Shown: in pieces, positions 17,994-27,736 of the stretch | How the letters are laid out: the number at the start of each line of letters is the position of its first letter | How positions within the stretch are numbered: position 1 is the first letter of the stretch | Origin: Elusimicrobiota bacterium | GTDB lineage: Bacteria > CG03 > SLGR01 > JAGXOG01 | Direction of reading: 5' to 3' | Assembly: GCA_051745145.1 (NCBI GenBank) | Contig: JBNJDT010000013.1 | Coordinates: 1 to 34,663, forward strand | Length of the DNA stretch: 34,663 nt | Notes under the pieces: generated by a model | Databases searched by the model: none | What the model saw: only the letters and a program-made list of their open reading frames with translations | What the model was told of the DNA's origin: nothing | Translations under genes and position numbers: made by a program

Positions 17994-18019
17994 ATATTAG
18001 ATTTATACCATTACCGTAA

Positions 18020-19330
18020 TTATTTATTTACTTTTATCAAATATTCAACGGTTTCTTCTATAGCTGCTTTAATTTCAGTCTTTTCCTGGGGAAGAACTTC
18101 TAATAAATATTGTAAAGCTCTTCTGTCACCTATCTTTTTAAAGGCTCTACTTATACTTACTCTAAAATATCTATCTTCAAGAAATAATTTTCCCAGAGCA
18201 TCCACGCTCACAGAAGATTGTATATCCCCCAGCAATGATATACCGGTCTGCTGAACTTCTTTTTTAGAATCCTCTAATGCTATATGTATTGCTTTTTTAG
18301 ATTTTTTATTTCCTATTGACCCCAGGGCATATACGGCATTTTTTCGCAACCGGAAACTGGGATCCTTTTTTAAAACCATTTTCAAATTATCAACAACTGT
18401 TTTATCCCCCCGGCTGGACAAAATTGCTATAATTTTTTTTCTTATTTTATAATTGTCATCCCCGATAAAATCCGTAATTTTTTCCAGCGCTTTTGCCGAA
18501 TCAATTGTGCCGAGTATTTCAATTCCTTTCATCTTAATATCAAAATCTTCTTCCGAGATAAAATTAGCCAGGGGCTCTACAATATTGGGAGTACCTATTT
18601 TTCCCATTGCCTTGACAGTTTTCATTTTAGTAGCCCTATCTTCACTTTTTAACCCCTCTTTTAAAGTCTCAACCGCAGTATCCCCGCCCAAATCTGCAAT
18701 CTTTTCTATAGCTAACAGCCGGAGACTTTTTTTACCGTCATATATAGCTTTACCCAGTTTTTTAATAAGCATATTTCGGACAGATCCGGTAGAAATATCC
18801 AGTGCTATATTATATAGGTTATTTATAGCCAGCTCTCTTAGCCGGGGGCTGGGATCTTCAATAGCTTCCGGTACATATTCAACTGCTATATCCTGTTCCA
18901 TTGCCAGTATAGTTTTTAGGGCTTTAAGCCTTATTTTCTCATCCTCATCATTTAAGGCCTCCCCTATAGAACTAACTGCAGGTTCTCCGATAGAAATCAG
19001 TTCCTTTAAAGCCTCCATCCGGACCCCGGAATTAGAATCATTATTTAAAATTTCTGTAAGCGGGGGAATAACTTCTTCTCCCCCGATAATTTTAAGCTCT
19101 CCGGTTACTGCCTTACGCACGCGATAGTCTTCGTCATTTATGAATCTGCGTAAAAAATTCACTTTATCTTCAATATCAGATACAGCTACACCTTTAATTG
19201 CATTAGCCCGTATTTTCCAGTTGTCGTTTTCTAATTTATCTTCTCTATCATTAGCAAACACTGCTGAATTTAAAGTTAACAGAGTTACAATTCCTGCAAA
19301 AATCGCTATACTTTTAAACTTAGTTTTCAC
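18020..19330 (-). CDS. Exported HEAT/PBS-lyase repeat protein
   Basis: Signal peptide ending AVFA, then tandem ~31 aa repeats (e.g. DEDYRVRKAVTGELKIIG, DPSFRLRKNAVYALGSIG). GTG start. Confidence 0.88.
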   Translation of the reverse strand: MKTKFKSIAIFAGIVTLLTLNSAVFANDREDKLENDNWKIRANAIKGVAVSDIEDKVNFLRRFINDEDYRVRKAVTGELKIIGGEEVIPPLTEILNNDSNSGVRMEALKELISIGEPAVSSIGEALNDEDEKIRLKALKTILAMEQDIAVEYVPEAIEDPSPRLRELAINNLYNIALDISTGSVRNMLIKKLGKAIYDGKKSLRLLAIEKIADLGGDTAVETLKEGLKSEDRATKMKTVKAMGKIGTPNIVEPLANFISEEDFDIKMKGIEILGTIDSAKALEKITDFIGDDNYKIRKKIIAILSSRGDKTVVDNLKMVLKKDPSFRLRKNAVYALGSIGNKKSKKAIHIALEDSKKEVQQTGISLLGDIQSSVSVDALGKLFLEDRYFRVSISRAFKKIGDRRALQYLLEVLPQEKTEIKAAIEETVEYLIKVNK

Positions 19331-19354
19331 AATATTGGTTAAGTACCTCGCTCC

Positions 19355-21064
19355 TTATTTCTTTTCAAAATAGTTACTTAAAAATTTATCCAGATTTTCC
19401 AGCTCCACAAAAGTCTTTTTCTTTTCTTTTCTTAACTGTACTTCCAGTTTTCCTTTATTTAAGAAACTCTTTCCCGCAATAATCTGAACCGGGATACCGA
19501 TTAATTCTGCATCTTTAAATTTAACGCCGGGGTTTTCCGGTCTGTCATCCCAGAGAATTTCGTATTTTTTACTTAACCTGTTATATAAATCCTTACATAT
19601 TTTATCTGTCTTACTACCTATCTGTAAGATGGTAATATCAAACGGAGCAAGCGGCTTGGGCCATATAATTCCGTCCTCATCGTGACTCTGCTCTATTGCC
19701 GCAGCCACTACTCGGGTAACCCCTATACCGTAACACCCCATTATTATATCTTTCTGTTTGCCGTCAGAATCTGTAAATTTAGCATCCATGCTCTCAGAGT
19801 ATTTTGTACCTAATAGGAATGTATGTCCGACTTCTATACCGCGTTTGAATTTAAGTCCAGATCCACACTTAGGACATTTATCTCCCTCTATAACCTTCCT
19901 GAAATCCCCTACCTCATCTACCTTGTAATCGCGGCCGTAATTAATATTTTTTAAATGATAATCTTTTTTATTGGCGCCGCTAACGGCATTTTTTATTTTA
20001 AGTACAGCCCGATCGGCATATATTTTATGTATTTTATCTTTTTTAAGACCCACCGGACCCGAAAAACCCAAAGGTCCGCCGGTAACTTCATCAATAAGCT
20101 TTTGAGTTCCCATCTCTAAACCGGGATTTTGTTCTCCTACAGTATTTTCATTGATCTCATGGTCTCCCCTGACCAGACATACTACCGGACCGTTATCAGA
20201 ATTATAAATCAATGTTTTTATGAAATCCCGCTGATTTTTATCCATAAAACCGGCTACTTCTTCTACAGTTCTCACATCGGGAGTATGTACCTGTTCCAGC
20301 TCTTCTGGTTCCCCTTCTTTTTGGGGGATCTCCTCCCTTTCATACCCGGCCAGTTCTCTATTGGCTCCGTAACCGCAGTCACAAAATGTGACTATCTCTT
20401 CTCCGGTATCGGCCAGCACCATAAATTCGTGCGAAGATTCCCCCCCTATATTTCCCGTTTCGGCCTCTACTATCTTAAAGTCAAGGCCGCAGCGCTTAAA
20501 TATTTTACTGTACGCCTCGTAATTATCGCGATAGGATTTCTGGCAGCCCTCTTTTGTAGTATCAAAACTGTAAGCATCTTTCATATAAAATTCCCGGGCT
20601 CTCATAATTCCAAACCTCGGCCGGATCTCATCCCGGAATTTCATCTGAAATTGATATAACAGCAGAGGAAGTTTCTTATACGAATCGACATTCTTTTTTA
20701 TTATATGAGTTATCACTTCTTCATGGGTGGGGCCCAGACAAAATTCTCTCTCTTTTCTATCTTCAAATCTTATCAGCTCATCCCCATAAAGATCCCACCG
20801 TTTACTTTTTTCCCACAGTGATTTAGGTTGCATGGCACTCATTATAAGTTCCTGTCCCCCGATATTGTCCATTTCTTCCCTGACAATCTGCTCAACTTTT
20901 TTAACTACTTTCCAGCCAAGGGGCAAGAACTCATAAACTCCCGAAGCCAGTTTCCTGATCATCCCCGCCCTGACCATTAACTTATGCGATGGTATTTCAG
21001 CTTCCTGGGGGTCTTCTTTTAAGGTCGGTACAAAATATTGTGAAAATTTTCTGGATTTCTTCAT
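19355..21064 (-). CDS. proS: Proline--tRNA ligase (bacterial type with INS editing domain)
   Basis: LGPTHEE, KFRDEIRPRFGIMRAREFYMKDAYSF, GIEVGHTFLLGTKYS, MGCYGIGVTR, PGVKFKDAELIGIP. Confidence 0.98.
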   Translation of the reverse strand: MKKSRKFSQYFVPTLKEDPQEAEIPSHKLMVRAGMIRKLASGVYEFLPLGWKVVKKVEQIVREEMDNIGGQELIMSAMQPKSLWEKSKRWDLYGDELIRFEDRKEREFCLGPTHEEVITHIIKKNVDSYKKLPLLLYQFQMKFRDEIRPRFGIMRAREFYMKDAYSFDTTKEGCQKSYRDNYEAYSKIFKRCGLDFKIVEAETGNIGGESSHEFMVLADTGEEIVTFCDCGYGANRELAGYEREEIPQKEGEPEELEQVHTPDVRTVEEVAGFMDKNQRDFIKTLIYNSDNGPVVCLVRGDHEINENTVGEQNPGLEMGTQKLIDEVTGGPLGFSGPVGLKKDKIHKIYADRAVLKIKNAVSGANKKDYHLKNINYGRDYKVDEVGDFRKVIEGDKCPKCGSGLKFKRGIEVGHTFLLGTKYSESMDAKFTDSDGKQKDIIMGCYGIGVTRVVAAAIEQSHDEDGIIWPKPLAPFDITILQIGSKTDKICKDLYNRLSKKYEILWDDRPENPGVKFKDAELIGIPVQIIAGKSFLNKGKLEVQLRKEKKKTFVELENLDKFLSNYFEKK

Positions 21065-22080
21065 AACTTACGTAAATATTCTAATAATTTACTCAACTCC
21101 TCTCCTCTTTTTATTTTACCTTCAATGTTGCCTTCCGATATAAATAAACTGCCTTTCCGGGTATAGCAAATGCCTATATCCGCTTCTTTTGCTTCTCCGG
21201 GGCCGTTAACTTCGCATCCCATTATAGCAATCTTATACGGCCTTTTAAAATCTTCTTTTTTGAGTTTATCGGTGAATTTATTAACCATTTTCTGTACATC
21301 CGCATGGGACCTTGAACAGGCAGGACAGGAAATTATTTCCAGTCTTTTCATATTATTCCCGGCCAGTTCTTTTAAAATCATACCCGTTTCCACTTCCTTT
21401 TTTGAATCACCGGTAATAGAAACCCGGACGGTATCCCCTATTTTGTCCATTAACAGTGATCCTACCCCCACCGAAGATTTAATTAAACCTATCTTTTTCA
21501 TGCCGGTGGCCGTTACTCCGATATGCAGCGGTGTATCCGAATAAACGCTAAAATAGCGGTTTGCTTCTATAGTATCTTTAACGGAAGAAGATTTAAGAGA
21601 GACCAGATAATTTTTAAATCCTGTTTTAAAAATTTCCTTATCCCATTCCAGGGCCATCCGGGCCAGCTCTACTCCGTTTTCAGCCGCGCAGGACCCGGTG
21701 TTAAACCCCAGCCTTATGGCCTTGTCTTTTTTGCCGGCTAATTCTACAATCTTTAATATTCCCTCCCGGGAAGTATTTCCCGGATTTACTCTTATTTTTT
21801 CAAAACCCGCCTCCAATGCCTGCTCTCCTATACCGGATTGAAAATGGCAGTCCGCTATTAGAGGCACGCCCAGGGTTTTTAAATTTTTGTAAACGGAACG
21901 GGCAATATCTTTTTTGGGGATAGCGCATCTTACAAGCTCGGCACCGGCGTCAATCATTCTTTTGCCTTCTTCAATTAATTTTTGAGGATTATCCAACTTT
22001 TCCTTTAACATCCCCTGAACTCTAACCGGGTTGTCTCCTCCCAGTTTTAAATCGCCTATTTGTATTTCTCGGGTTAACAT
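21061..22080 (-). CDS. ispG: (E)-4-hydroxy-3-methylbut-2-enyl-diphosphate synthase
   Basis: PLIADCHF, IRVNPGN, PLHIGVT, IGDTVRVS, ISCPACSR, MGCEVNGPGEA (Fe-S ligands); dxr-rseP-ispG-proS order. Confidence 0.94.
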   Translation of the reverse strand: MLTREIQIGDLKLGGDNPVRVQGMLKEKLDNPQKLIEEGKRMIDAGAELVRCAIPKKDIARSVYKNLKTLGVPLIADCHFQSGIGEQALEAGFEKIRVNPGNTSREGILKIVELAGKKDKAIRLGFNTGSCAAENGVELARMALEWDKEIFKTGFKNYLVSLKSSSVKDTIEANRYFSVYSDTPLHIGVTATGMKKIGLIKSSVGVGSLLMDKIGDTVRVSITGDSKKEVETGMILKELAGNNMKRLEIISCPACSRSHADVQKMVNKFTDKLKKEDFKRPYKIAIMGCEVNGPGEAKEADIGICYTRKGSLFISEGNIEGKIKRGEELSKLLEYLRKL

Positions 22081-22081
22081 T

Positions 22082-23113
22082 TTAAAGGAATAATCTGGCT
22101 ATATCCTTCCAGGTCACAAATATTAAAAGCAAAAGCAAAAGAGCTAATCCCACCATATTGGCAATACCCACTTTTTTCTCGTCCAGCGGACTGCCTTTTA
22201 ATTTTTCTATTAAAGCAAAGGTTATATGCCCGCCGTCAAGAACGGGAATAGGGAAAAGGTTTATTAGCCCCAAATTAATACTGATAATGGCTATAAATTG
22301 AAACAAATGGCTCAGCCCCCGTCCGGCGGCATCAGAAATTAGCCCCCCGATACCCACCGGGCCGGCCACTTCCGGGGCTATCTGACCGGAAATCATCTCC
22401 CAGATTGAATTTAAAATTTTAATAATAAGATAGCCGGTATACTTAAATCCTTCATAAAAAGACTTTAAAAGTCCGGGTTTTACATTTTCAATCACGGGAG
22501 AAATTCCTATTAATTTCCGGCCCTGGGGTTCCATAAAATCCGGCTGCGTAGTTACATTTATTATTTCCCCGTTTCTTTCTATCTTTAAATTTAACTCACT
22601 TTCTATATTTTTTGAAATTGTCGTAGTGACATCTTCCCAGGTGGAAGTATCTGTACCGTTAATACTTAATACTTTATCCCCTTCTTTAATACCGGCCTCC
22701 ATCGCAGGGGAATTCTCTATAATACCACCTATTTTTGCCTCATCAACTGCCTGGGGTAAACCCATAAAATACATTATCACAGAAAAGATTAACGCTCCGG
22801 TGAGAAAATTCATAAACGGACCGGCAAATAAAACTTTTAACCTGTCAACGGGAGACTGGGCAATAAAAGAGTCACTGTCATCTGAACCTTCCTCAACCGG
22901 GGTCTCCCCTTTCATCTTAACATACCCCCCTAACGGCAACAGGGAAAGCCGGTATCTTATCCCCTTATGAGTTTTACCCAAAATTTCCGGTCCAAAACCC
23001 AGCGAAAAAGCTTCAACTTTTACCCCTATATTCAAGGCCACAATAAAATGGCCCAGTTCATGAACAAATACAACTATGGAAAATGTCAGTATTATGGCAA
23101 GTACAGTAATCAT
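22082..23113 (-). CDS. rseP: RIP metalloprotease RseP (one PDZ domain)
   Basis: HELGH, FSLGFG, GGYVKM, AGPFMN, NLFPIPVLDGG. Confidence 0.96.
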   Translation of the reverse strand: MITVLAIILTFSIVVFVHELGHFIVALNIGVKVEAFSLGFGPEILGKTHKGIRYRLSLLPLGGYVKMKGETPVEEGSDDSDSFIAQSPVDRLKVLFAGPFMNFLTGALIFSVIMYFMGLPQAVDEAKIGGIIENSPAMEAGIKEGDKVLSINGTDTSTWEDVTTTISKNIESELNLKIERNGEIINVTTQPDFMEPQGRKLIGISPVIENVKPGLLKSFYEGFKYTGYLIIKILNSIWEMISGQIAPEVAGPVGIGGLISDAAGRGLSHLFQFIAIISINLGLINLFPIPVLDGGHITFALIEKLKGSPLDEKKVGIANMVGLALLLLLLIFVTWKDIARLFL

Positions 23114-24267
23114 TTATTTTCTCCGTTAATTAATTTTCGGGCATACTTTTGCCCCCTCTTATAAACATATTTTAAAGTCTGTATATCTTTTATGGAATTA
23201 CTAAAATTCTCAGCTAAAGTCTCTTCTATTATCCGGGGTATATCTGTAAATTTTATAAGTCCCTCTGAAAAAGCCTCTACAGCCACATCGTCCGCAGCAC
23301 AAAGCAAGATCGGTTTTTCACCGCCCTGTTTTCCAGCCTGTAAAGCTAAATCCAGACTGGGGAACTTTTCCGTATCCGGTCTGCTAAAATTTAAATTCTT
23401 TAAATCTTCCACTTTCAACCTGGAAACGGGAGTAGTTTTACGGCCCGGCTGAGTTAAAGCATACTGTATGGGAATTTTCATATCCGCCCGGGAAAGATGG
23501 GCCAAAACTGTACCGTCCTCAAATTCAATTAAGCCATGGACCACGGACTGAGGATGAATATAAACATTTATCTTTTCAAAATCCAGATCAAAAAGATTGT
23601 GAGCCTCTAAAACCTCCAGACCTTTATTCATCAAAGTAGCTGAATCCACAGTAACTTTCACCCCCATATCCCAGTTGGGATGTTTCAAACAGTCCTTAAT
23701 ATCCACTTCTTCAAGTTCCCGGACTGTCTTGTCATATACCGCCCCGCCGGAGGCAGTTAAAGTTATTTGGCGTAAATCTCTTTTATTTTCTTGAGTTAAC
23801 ATTTGGTATATAGCCGAGTGCTCACTGTCAACGGGAATAAGCTGGGAAGGATATTTCATGCTCTCTTTAATTAAAAACCACCCCATCACTATGGACTCCT
23901 TATTAGCTATAGCTACTTTTTTATTGGCTTCAAGGGCATCTAAGGTGGGGATAAGACCTGCAATTCCGCTCAAGCCATTAACCGCTAATTCCACATCCTC
24001 TCTCTGTATTAAAACTTTTACCCCCTCCATTCCGGATAAAAATTCTACTGCGGGGAATTCTTGCTTTAGTTTTTTTATATTTGTTTTATAAGATTCCTCA
24101 TGAGTTATTACCACAACCCCGGGAGATAACTTTTTTATATTATTTCTCAACACTTTTATATTGGTGTGGGCGGTAATACCCGTAACATTAATATCCGACA
24201 GATTAACTGCCACATCTACGGTACTTTCGCCTATTGAACCTGTTGAACCTAAAATTGCTATATTCAT
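23110..24267 (-). CDS. dxr: 1-deoxy-D-xylulose-5-phosphate reductoisomerase
   Basis: ILGSTGSIG, ANKES, PVDSEHSA, HPNWDMG, DSATLMNKGLE. Confidence 0.97.
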   Translation of the reverse strand: MNIAILGSTGSIGESTVDVAVNLSDINVTGITAHTNIKVLRNNIKKLSPGVVVITHEESYKTNIKKLKQEFPAVEFLSGMEGVKVLIQREDVELAVNGLSGIAGLIPTLDALEANKKVAIANKESIVMGWFLIKESMKYPSQLIPVDSEHSAIYQMLTQENKRDLRQITLTASGGAVYDKTVRELEEVDIKDCLKHPNWDMGVKVTVDSATLMNKGLEVLEAHNLFDLDFEKINVYIHPQSVVHGLIEFEDGTVLAHLSRADMKIPIQYALTQPGRKTTPVSRLKVEDLKNLNFSRPDTEKFPSLDLALQAGKQGGEKPILLCAADDVAVEAFSEGLIKFTDIPRIIEETLAENFSNSIKDIQTLKYVYKRGQKYARKLINGENK

Positions 24268-24268
24268 T

Positions 24269-25096
24269 TCAAACTACCAGCCATCTTAAATAATAATACA
24301 CTACCGGGATAGTAAACATAAAACTGTCCACTCTGTCTAAAACCCCGCCGTGACCGGGCAAAAATTTGCCCGAATCATCACAATCTAAACTTCTCTTAAT
24401 CATGGATTCAGTAAGATCCCCCAAAATAGCCATAATACCTATAATTACGCCTAAAATTCCAATCTCCGCTATCCCCACAAAATCCAATTTTAAAATATAT
24501 TTCATAAGTACCGCGGCCAGAAAACTACAAATAACAGCTCCATAAGCCCCTATTTTACTCTTGTTGGGGCTGGCTACATGCAACCGGGCCCGCCTGTATC
24601 CAAATTTCATTCCTATAAAGTATGCCCCTATATCCGCCAGCCAGGTACACACCACCGCAATAAGTGTAAACTCATACCCGTAGGGCTTTGTTTCCCTTAA
24701 AAAAATTGCGTGAATAAATAACCAGGTTATATAAAAAACACTTAAACCTGTCGCACTTAAATTTGCCACACTTTCTTTTATATCTTTTTTTAATATTAAA
24801 ATTACTGCCAGCCCCGGTACCGTTAGAGTAATTATTAAAGTATAAAAATCTTTATCCCAGGTTATATATTTACCGGTTGTAATAATATAGGCATTAACAA
24901 GTAAAACCAGAGATATAAATATACCCCACCACGGGGTTACCGGAATCTTCTTATTTTTTAACATTCTGTAAAATTCAACGAGGCCCGCTAAAATAACAGC
25001 GGAAATTAACATAAAATAGGCAAATCCGCCCCAGAGTATAAATAAGTAGACAATAGGTATGGCAACTACTGACGAAATTATCCTTTTTTTGCGCAC
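24269..25096 (-). CDS. cdsA: Phosphatidate cytidylyltransferase
   Basis: Polytopic membrane protein with SPNKS and GDLTESMIKR...DSGKFLPGHGGVLDRVDS. Confidence 0.96.
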   Translation of the reverse strand: MRKKRIISSVVAIPIVYLFILWGGFAYFMLISAVILAGLVEFYRMLKNKKIPVTPWWGIFISLVLLVNAYIITTGKYITWDKDFYTLIITLTVPGLAVILILKKDIKESVANLSATGLSVFYITWLFIHAIFLRETKPYGYEFTLIAVVCTWLADIGAYFIGMKFGYRRARLHVASPNKSKIGAYGAVICSFLAAVLMKYILKLDFVGIAEIGILGVIIGIMAILGDLTESMIKRSLDCDDSGKFLPGHGGVLDRVDSFMFTIPVVYYYLRWLVV

Positions 25097-25803
25097 TAGA
25101 CTCTCTTTCCAAACCGCCTGTTCCGGCGCCGGTAGATTCTGATGGCTTTATTAAACTCCTCATTGGAAAAATCGGGCCAGAGTACCGGCGTAAAATAAAG
25201 CTCGGCATAGGCTATACGCCAAAGCATAAAATTAGAAATCCGCTTCTCCCCGCTGGTCCTTATCATTAAATCCATATCCGGTACTTCAGGCAGATAAAGA
25301 TTTTTCTTTAATTTTTCAGAACTTATCCCCCCGCTGTTTTGAGATTTATCTTCCATTTTTTTCAGGCCGTCGATAATCTCACGCCGGCCGCCGTAATCCA
25401 CACAAATAATTAGATTTAAACCGGTATTTTGGGCAGTTCGCTCAACTCCGTCATCCATAGTCTTTTTTACTCTATCGGAAAATTTATCTCGTCTCCCGGC
25501 AAATAATAATTTTACATTGTTTTCCATTAAACTGTCCACTTCGGAATTTATAAATATTACAAACAAGTCCATAAGAGTTTGAATCTCTTCAGTAGGCCTC
25601 TCCCAGTTCTCAGTGGAGAAAGCGTACAAGGACAAATAATCAATCCCAGCTTTTACGGCCTGTTTTACGATTCCCTTTACTGCTTTTGCTCCCTGTTGGT
25701 GACCTTTATCTACACTTAATCCCCGCATTTTAGCCCACCGGGAGTTGCCGTCCATTATTATTCCTACATGATCAGGAATGTTTTTGGTGGTACCAATTGT
25801 CAT
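25096..25803 (-). CDS. uppS: Undecaprenyl-diphosphate synthase (cis-prenyltransferase)
   Basis: HVGIIMDGNSRWA, YAFSTENWERP, DLMIRTSGEKRISNFMLW, RRFG. Confidence 0.97.
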   Translation of the reverse strand: MTIGTTKNIPDHVGIIMDGNSRWAKMRGLSVDKGHQQGAKAVKGIVKQAVKAGIDYLSLYAFSTENWERPTEEIQTLMDLFVIFINSEVDSLMENNVKLLFAGRRDKFSDRVKKTMDDGVERTAQNTGLNLIICVDYGGRREIIDGLKKMEDKSQNSGGISSEKLKKNLYLPEVPDMDLMIRTSGEKRISNFMLWRIAYAELYFTPVLWPDFSNEEFNKAIRIYRRRNRRFGKRV

Positions 25804-25874
25804 TATTTTTAAATAGAGAATAGCACACTATATTATATAAAAAGAGAAGTTTCACAGGAATAAAACTGGAAAAT

Positions 25875-26435
25875 TTAATCTTTTTTTATCTCTTTTTCTT
25901 TTTTATTAAGTAATTCGTCTAATTTTTCTGTATATTTATCAGTTAAATCTTGGATTTTATCGCGATCCCGGTAGGCTTTATCCTCAGAAATATCACCACT
26001 CTTCTCTAATTTTTTTATCTTGTCGTTAGCGGCTCTTCTAATATTCCTTATTTCTACCTTAAAGTCTTCCGTAATGTCATTTATTCTTTTAATCAGCTCT
26101 TCTCTTCTTTGAGAGGTCAGGGAAGGCACTTGTAACCGGACTACCTTTCCGTCAACGCTAGGAGTTAATCCTAAATTGGAAGCAATTATTGCCTTTTCAA
26201 GTGGTTTAAGGGCATTTTCATCCCAGACTTTAATTTCAATTAACCGGGGCTGGGGAATACTGATATTGGCAAGCTGATTGATAGGGGTTTTTGAACCATA
26301 ATAATCTACTCTTATTCCCTCTAAGAGAGCCGCAGAAGCACGTCCGGTCCGGATTCCCCGCAACTCTTTTTTTAATCTTTCCACTGTTTTTTTCATCTTT
26401 TTCTTGGTATTACTTATTATTTTTTTTACCCGCAT
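25875..26435 (-). CDS. frr: Ribosome recycling factor
   Basis: IRTGRAS, VDYYGSKTPINQLANIS, NLGLTP, IRNIRR. Confidence 0.97.
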   Translation of the reverse strand: MRVKKIISNTKKKMKKTVERLKKELRGIRTGRASAALLEGIRVDYYGSKTPINQLANISIPQPRLIEIKVWDENALKPLEKAIIASNLGLTPSVDGKVVRLQVPSLTSQRREELIKRINDITEDFKVEIRNIRRAANDKIKKLEKSGDISEDKAYRDRDKIQDLTDKYTEKLDELLNKKEKEIKKD

Positions 26436-26450
26436 AAGACCTCCAATTTT

Positions 26451-27149
26451 TCATTCAATAACGGTTCCGATATCCTCGCCGTTAACTGCTTTTTTTAAAT
26501 TGCCTTTTTTAGAAAAATTAAATATATGAACTTTTAGTTTATTCTCCGATAATATTGAAAAAGCTGAACTATCCATAATTTTTAGATTTTTATTTAAAGC
26601 TTCCCGGTAACTTATAGAGCCACTGTATAACTTTGCTTTTGCATTTTTAGCCGGATCGTCAGTATAAACCCCGTCCACATCAGTAGCTTTTAACAGAATA
26701 TCGGCATCTATTTCCAAGGCCCTGAGCGCAGCTGCCGTGTCAGTAGTGAAAAAAGGTGAACCGGTTCCTCCCGAAAAGACAACCACTTCTCCGTTTTCAA
26801 GATAACTAACGGCATTTTCAATTACTAAATCTTCAGTAATTTTTTCAACATTTAATGCACTGAGTATTCTGGCCTTTATACCGGCCTTTTTTAATATGTC
26901 TTTTAGACCGAGGGCGTTTAAAACTGTTCCGGTCATCCCCATAAAATCAGCGGTAATCCGGGAAAGCCCCTGTGAGGATCTCGCTCTGACAAAATTTCCT
27001 CCTCCTACAAGTACACTTACCTGAACTCCCTGGCTTTGTACTGATTTTATCTCCTGAACAGCTTTGCTGGCCCACCGGGGTGAAAACCCACGGCCCTCTC
27101 CGCCGAGCATCTGTCCGCTCAGCTTTAAAAGAATCCGCTTATATTTCAT
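26451..27149 (-). CDS. pyrH: UMP kinase
   Basis: YKRILLKLSG, GGGNF, GTGSPFFTTDTAAALRA, VDGVYTDDP. Confidence 0.96.
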   Translation of the reverse strand: MKYKRILLKLSGQMLGGEGRGFSPRWASKAVQEIKSVQSQGVQVSVLVGGGNFVRARSSQGLSRITADFMGMTGTVLNALGLKDILKKAGIKARILSALNVEKITEDLVIENAVSYLENGEVVVFSGGTGSPFFTTDTAAALRALEIDADILLKATDVDGVYTDDPAKNAKAKLYSGSISYREALNKNLKIMDSSAFSILSENKLKVHIFNFSKKGNLKKAVNGEDIGTVIE

Positions 27150-27736
27150 TCCCCAATTTCAAACCGGGCAAAACGGTTGATTTTTATATTTTCACCCAAC
27201 TGAGATACTGTCTCCTGGAGAAGCTCCTTAATGGTTTTACTGTCATCTCTTATATACTCCTGTTCTAAAAGACAATTTTGTGAATAAAATTTGTTTAACT
27301 TTCCCTCTATAATCTTATCCAAAATATGCTCGGGTTTGCCCTCTTTTTTAAGTTGCTTGGTCATTATTTCTTTCTCTTTTTCAATCTCTTCTTCAGCAAC
27401 TTCTTCTCTTTTAACCCACCGTGGAGAAGCAGCAGCAATCTGCATGGCAATTTCTTTGGCAAAATCCTTGTATTCATCCGTCCGGGCCACAAAATCTGTT
27501 TCACAGTTTAACTCTAATAATACTCCCACTTTACTACCGGGATGTATGTATGAATATACTATCCCTTCGGAAGCTTCGCGATCAGCCTTTTTAGCTGCTT
27601 CTGCTTTACCTTTTTCTCGTAATATCTCTACTGCTTTATCAAGATCGTTATCACTCTCAGCCAGCGCTTCCTTGCAATCCATTATCCCCGTTCCCGTCAT
27701 CTTTCTCAGTTTCTGAATCTGTTCTATCTGACTCAT
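27146..27736 (-). CDS. tsf: Elongation factor Ts (short ~200 aa form)
   Basis: [49 protein letters not shown] upstream of ATG 27736. Confidence 0.97.
   Translation of the reverse strand: MSQIEQIQKLRKMTGTGIMDCKEALAESDNDLDKAVEILREKGKAEAAKKADREASEGIVYSYIHPGSKVGVLLELNCETDFVARTDEYKDFAKEIAMQIAAASPRWVKREEVAEEEIEKEKEIMTKQLKKEGKPEHILDKIIEGKLNKFYSQNCLLEQEYIRDDSKTIKELLQETVSQLGENIKINRFARFEIGE

Noticed and set aside
18453..19127. 224 aa + strand ORF and similar ones (17476-18000, 20129-20659, 27291-27716, 15812-16294, 16343-16810)
   Set aside because: These are antisense shadows of well-supported genes, with S/I/F-rich translations and no recognisable motifs.
19331..19357. The proS stop is in frame with the HEAT-repeat ORF
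   Set aside because: ProS is complete, the stop is TAA, and the HEAT protein begins with a signal peptide.
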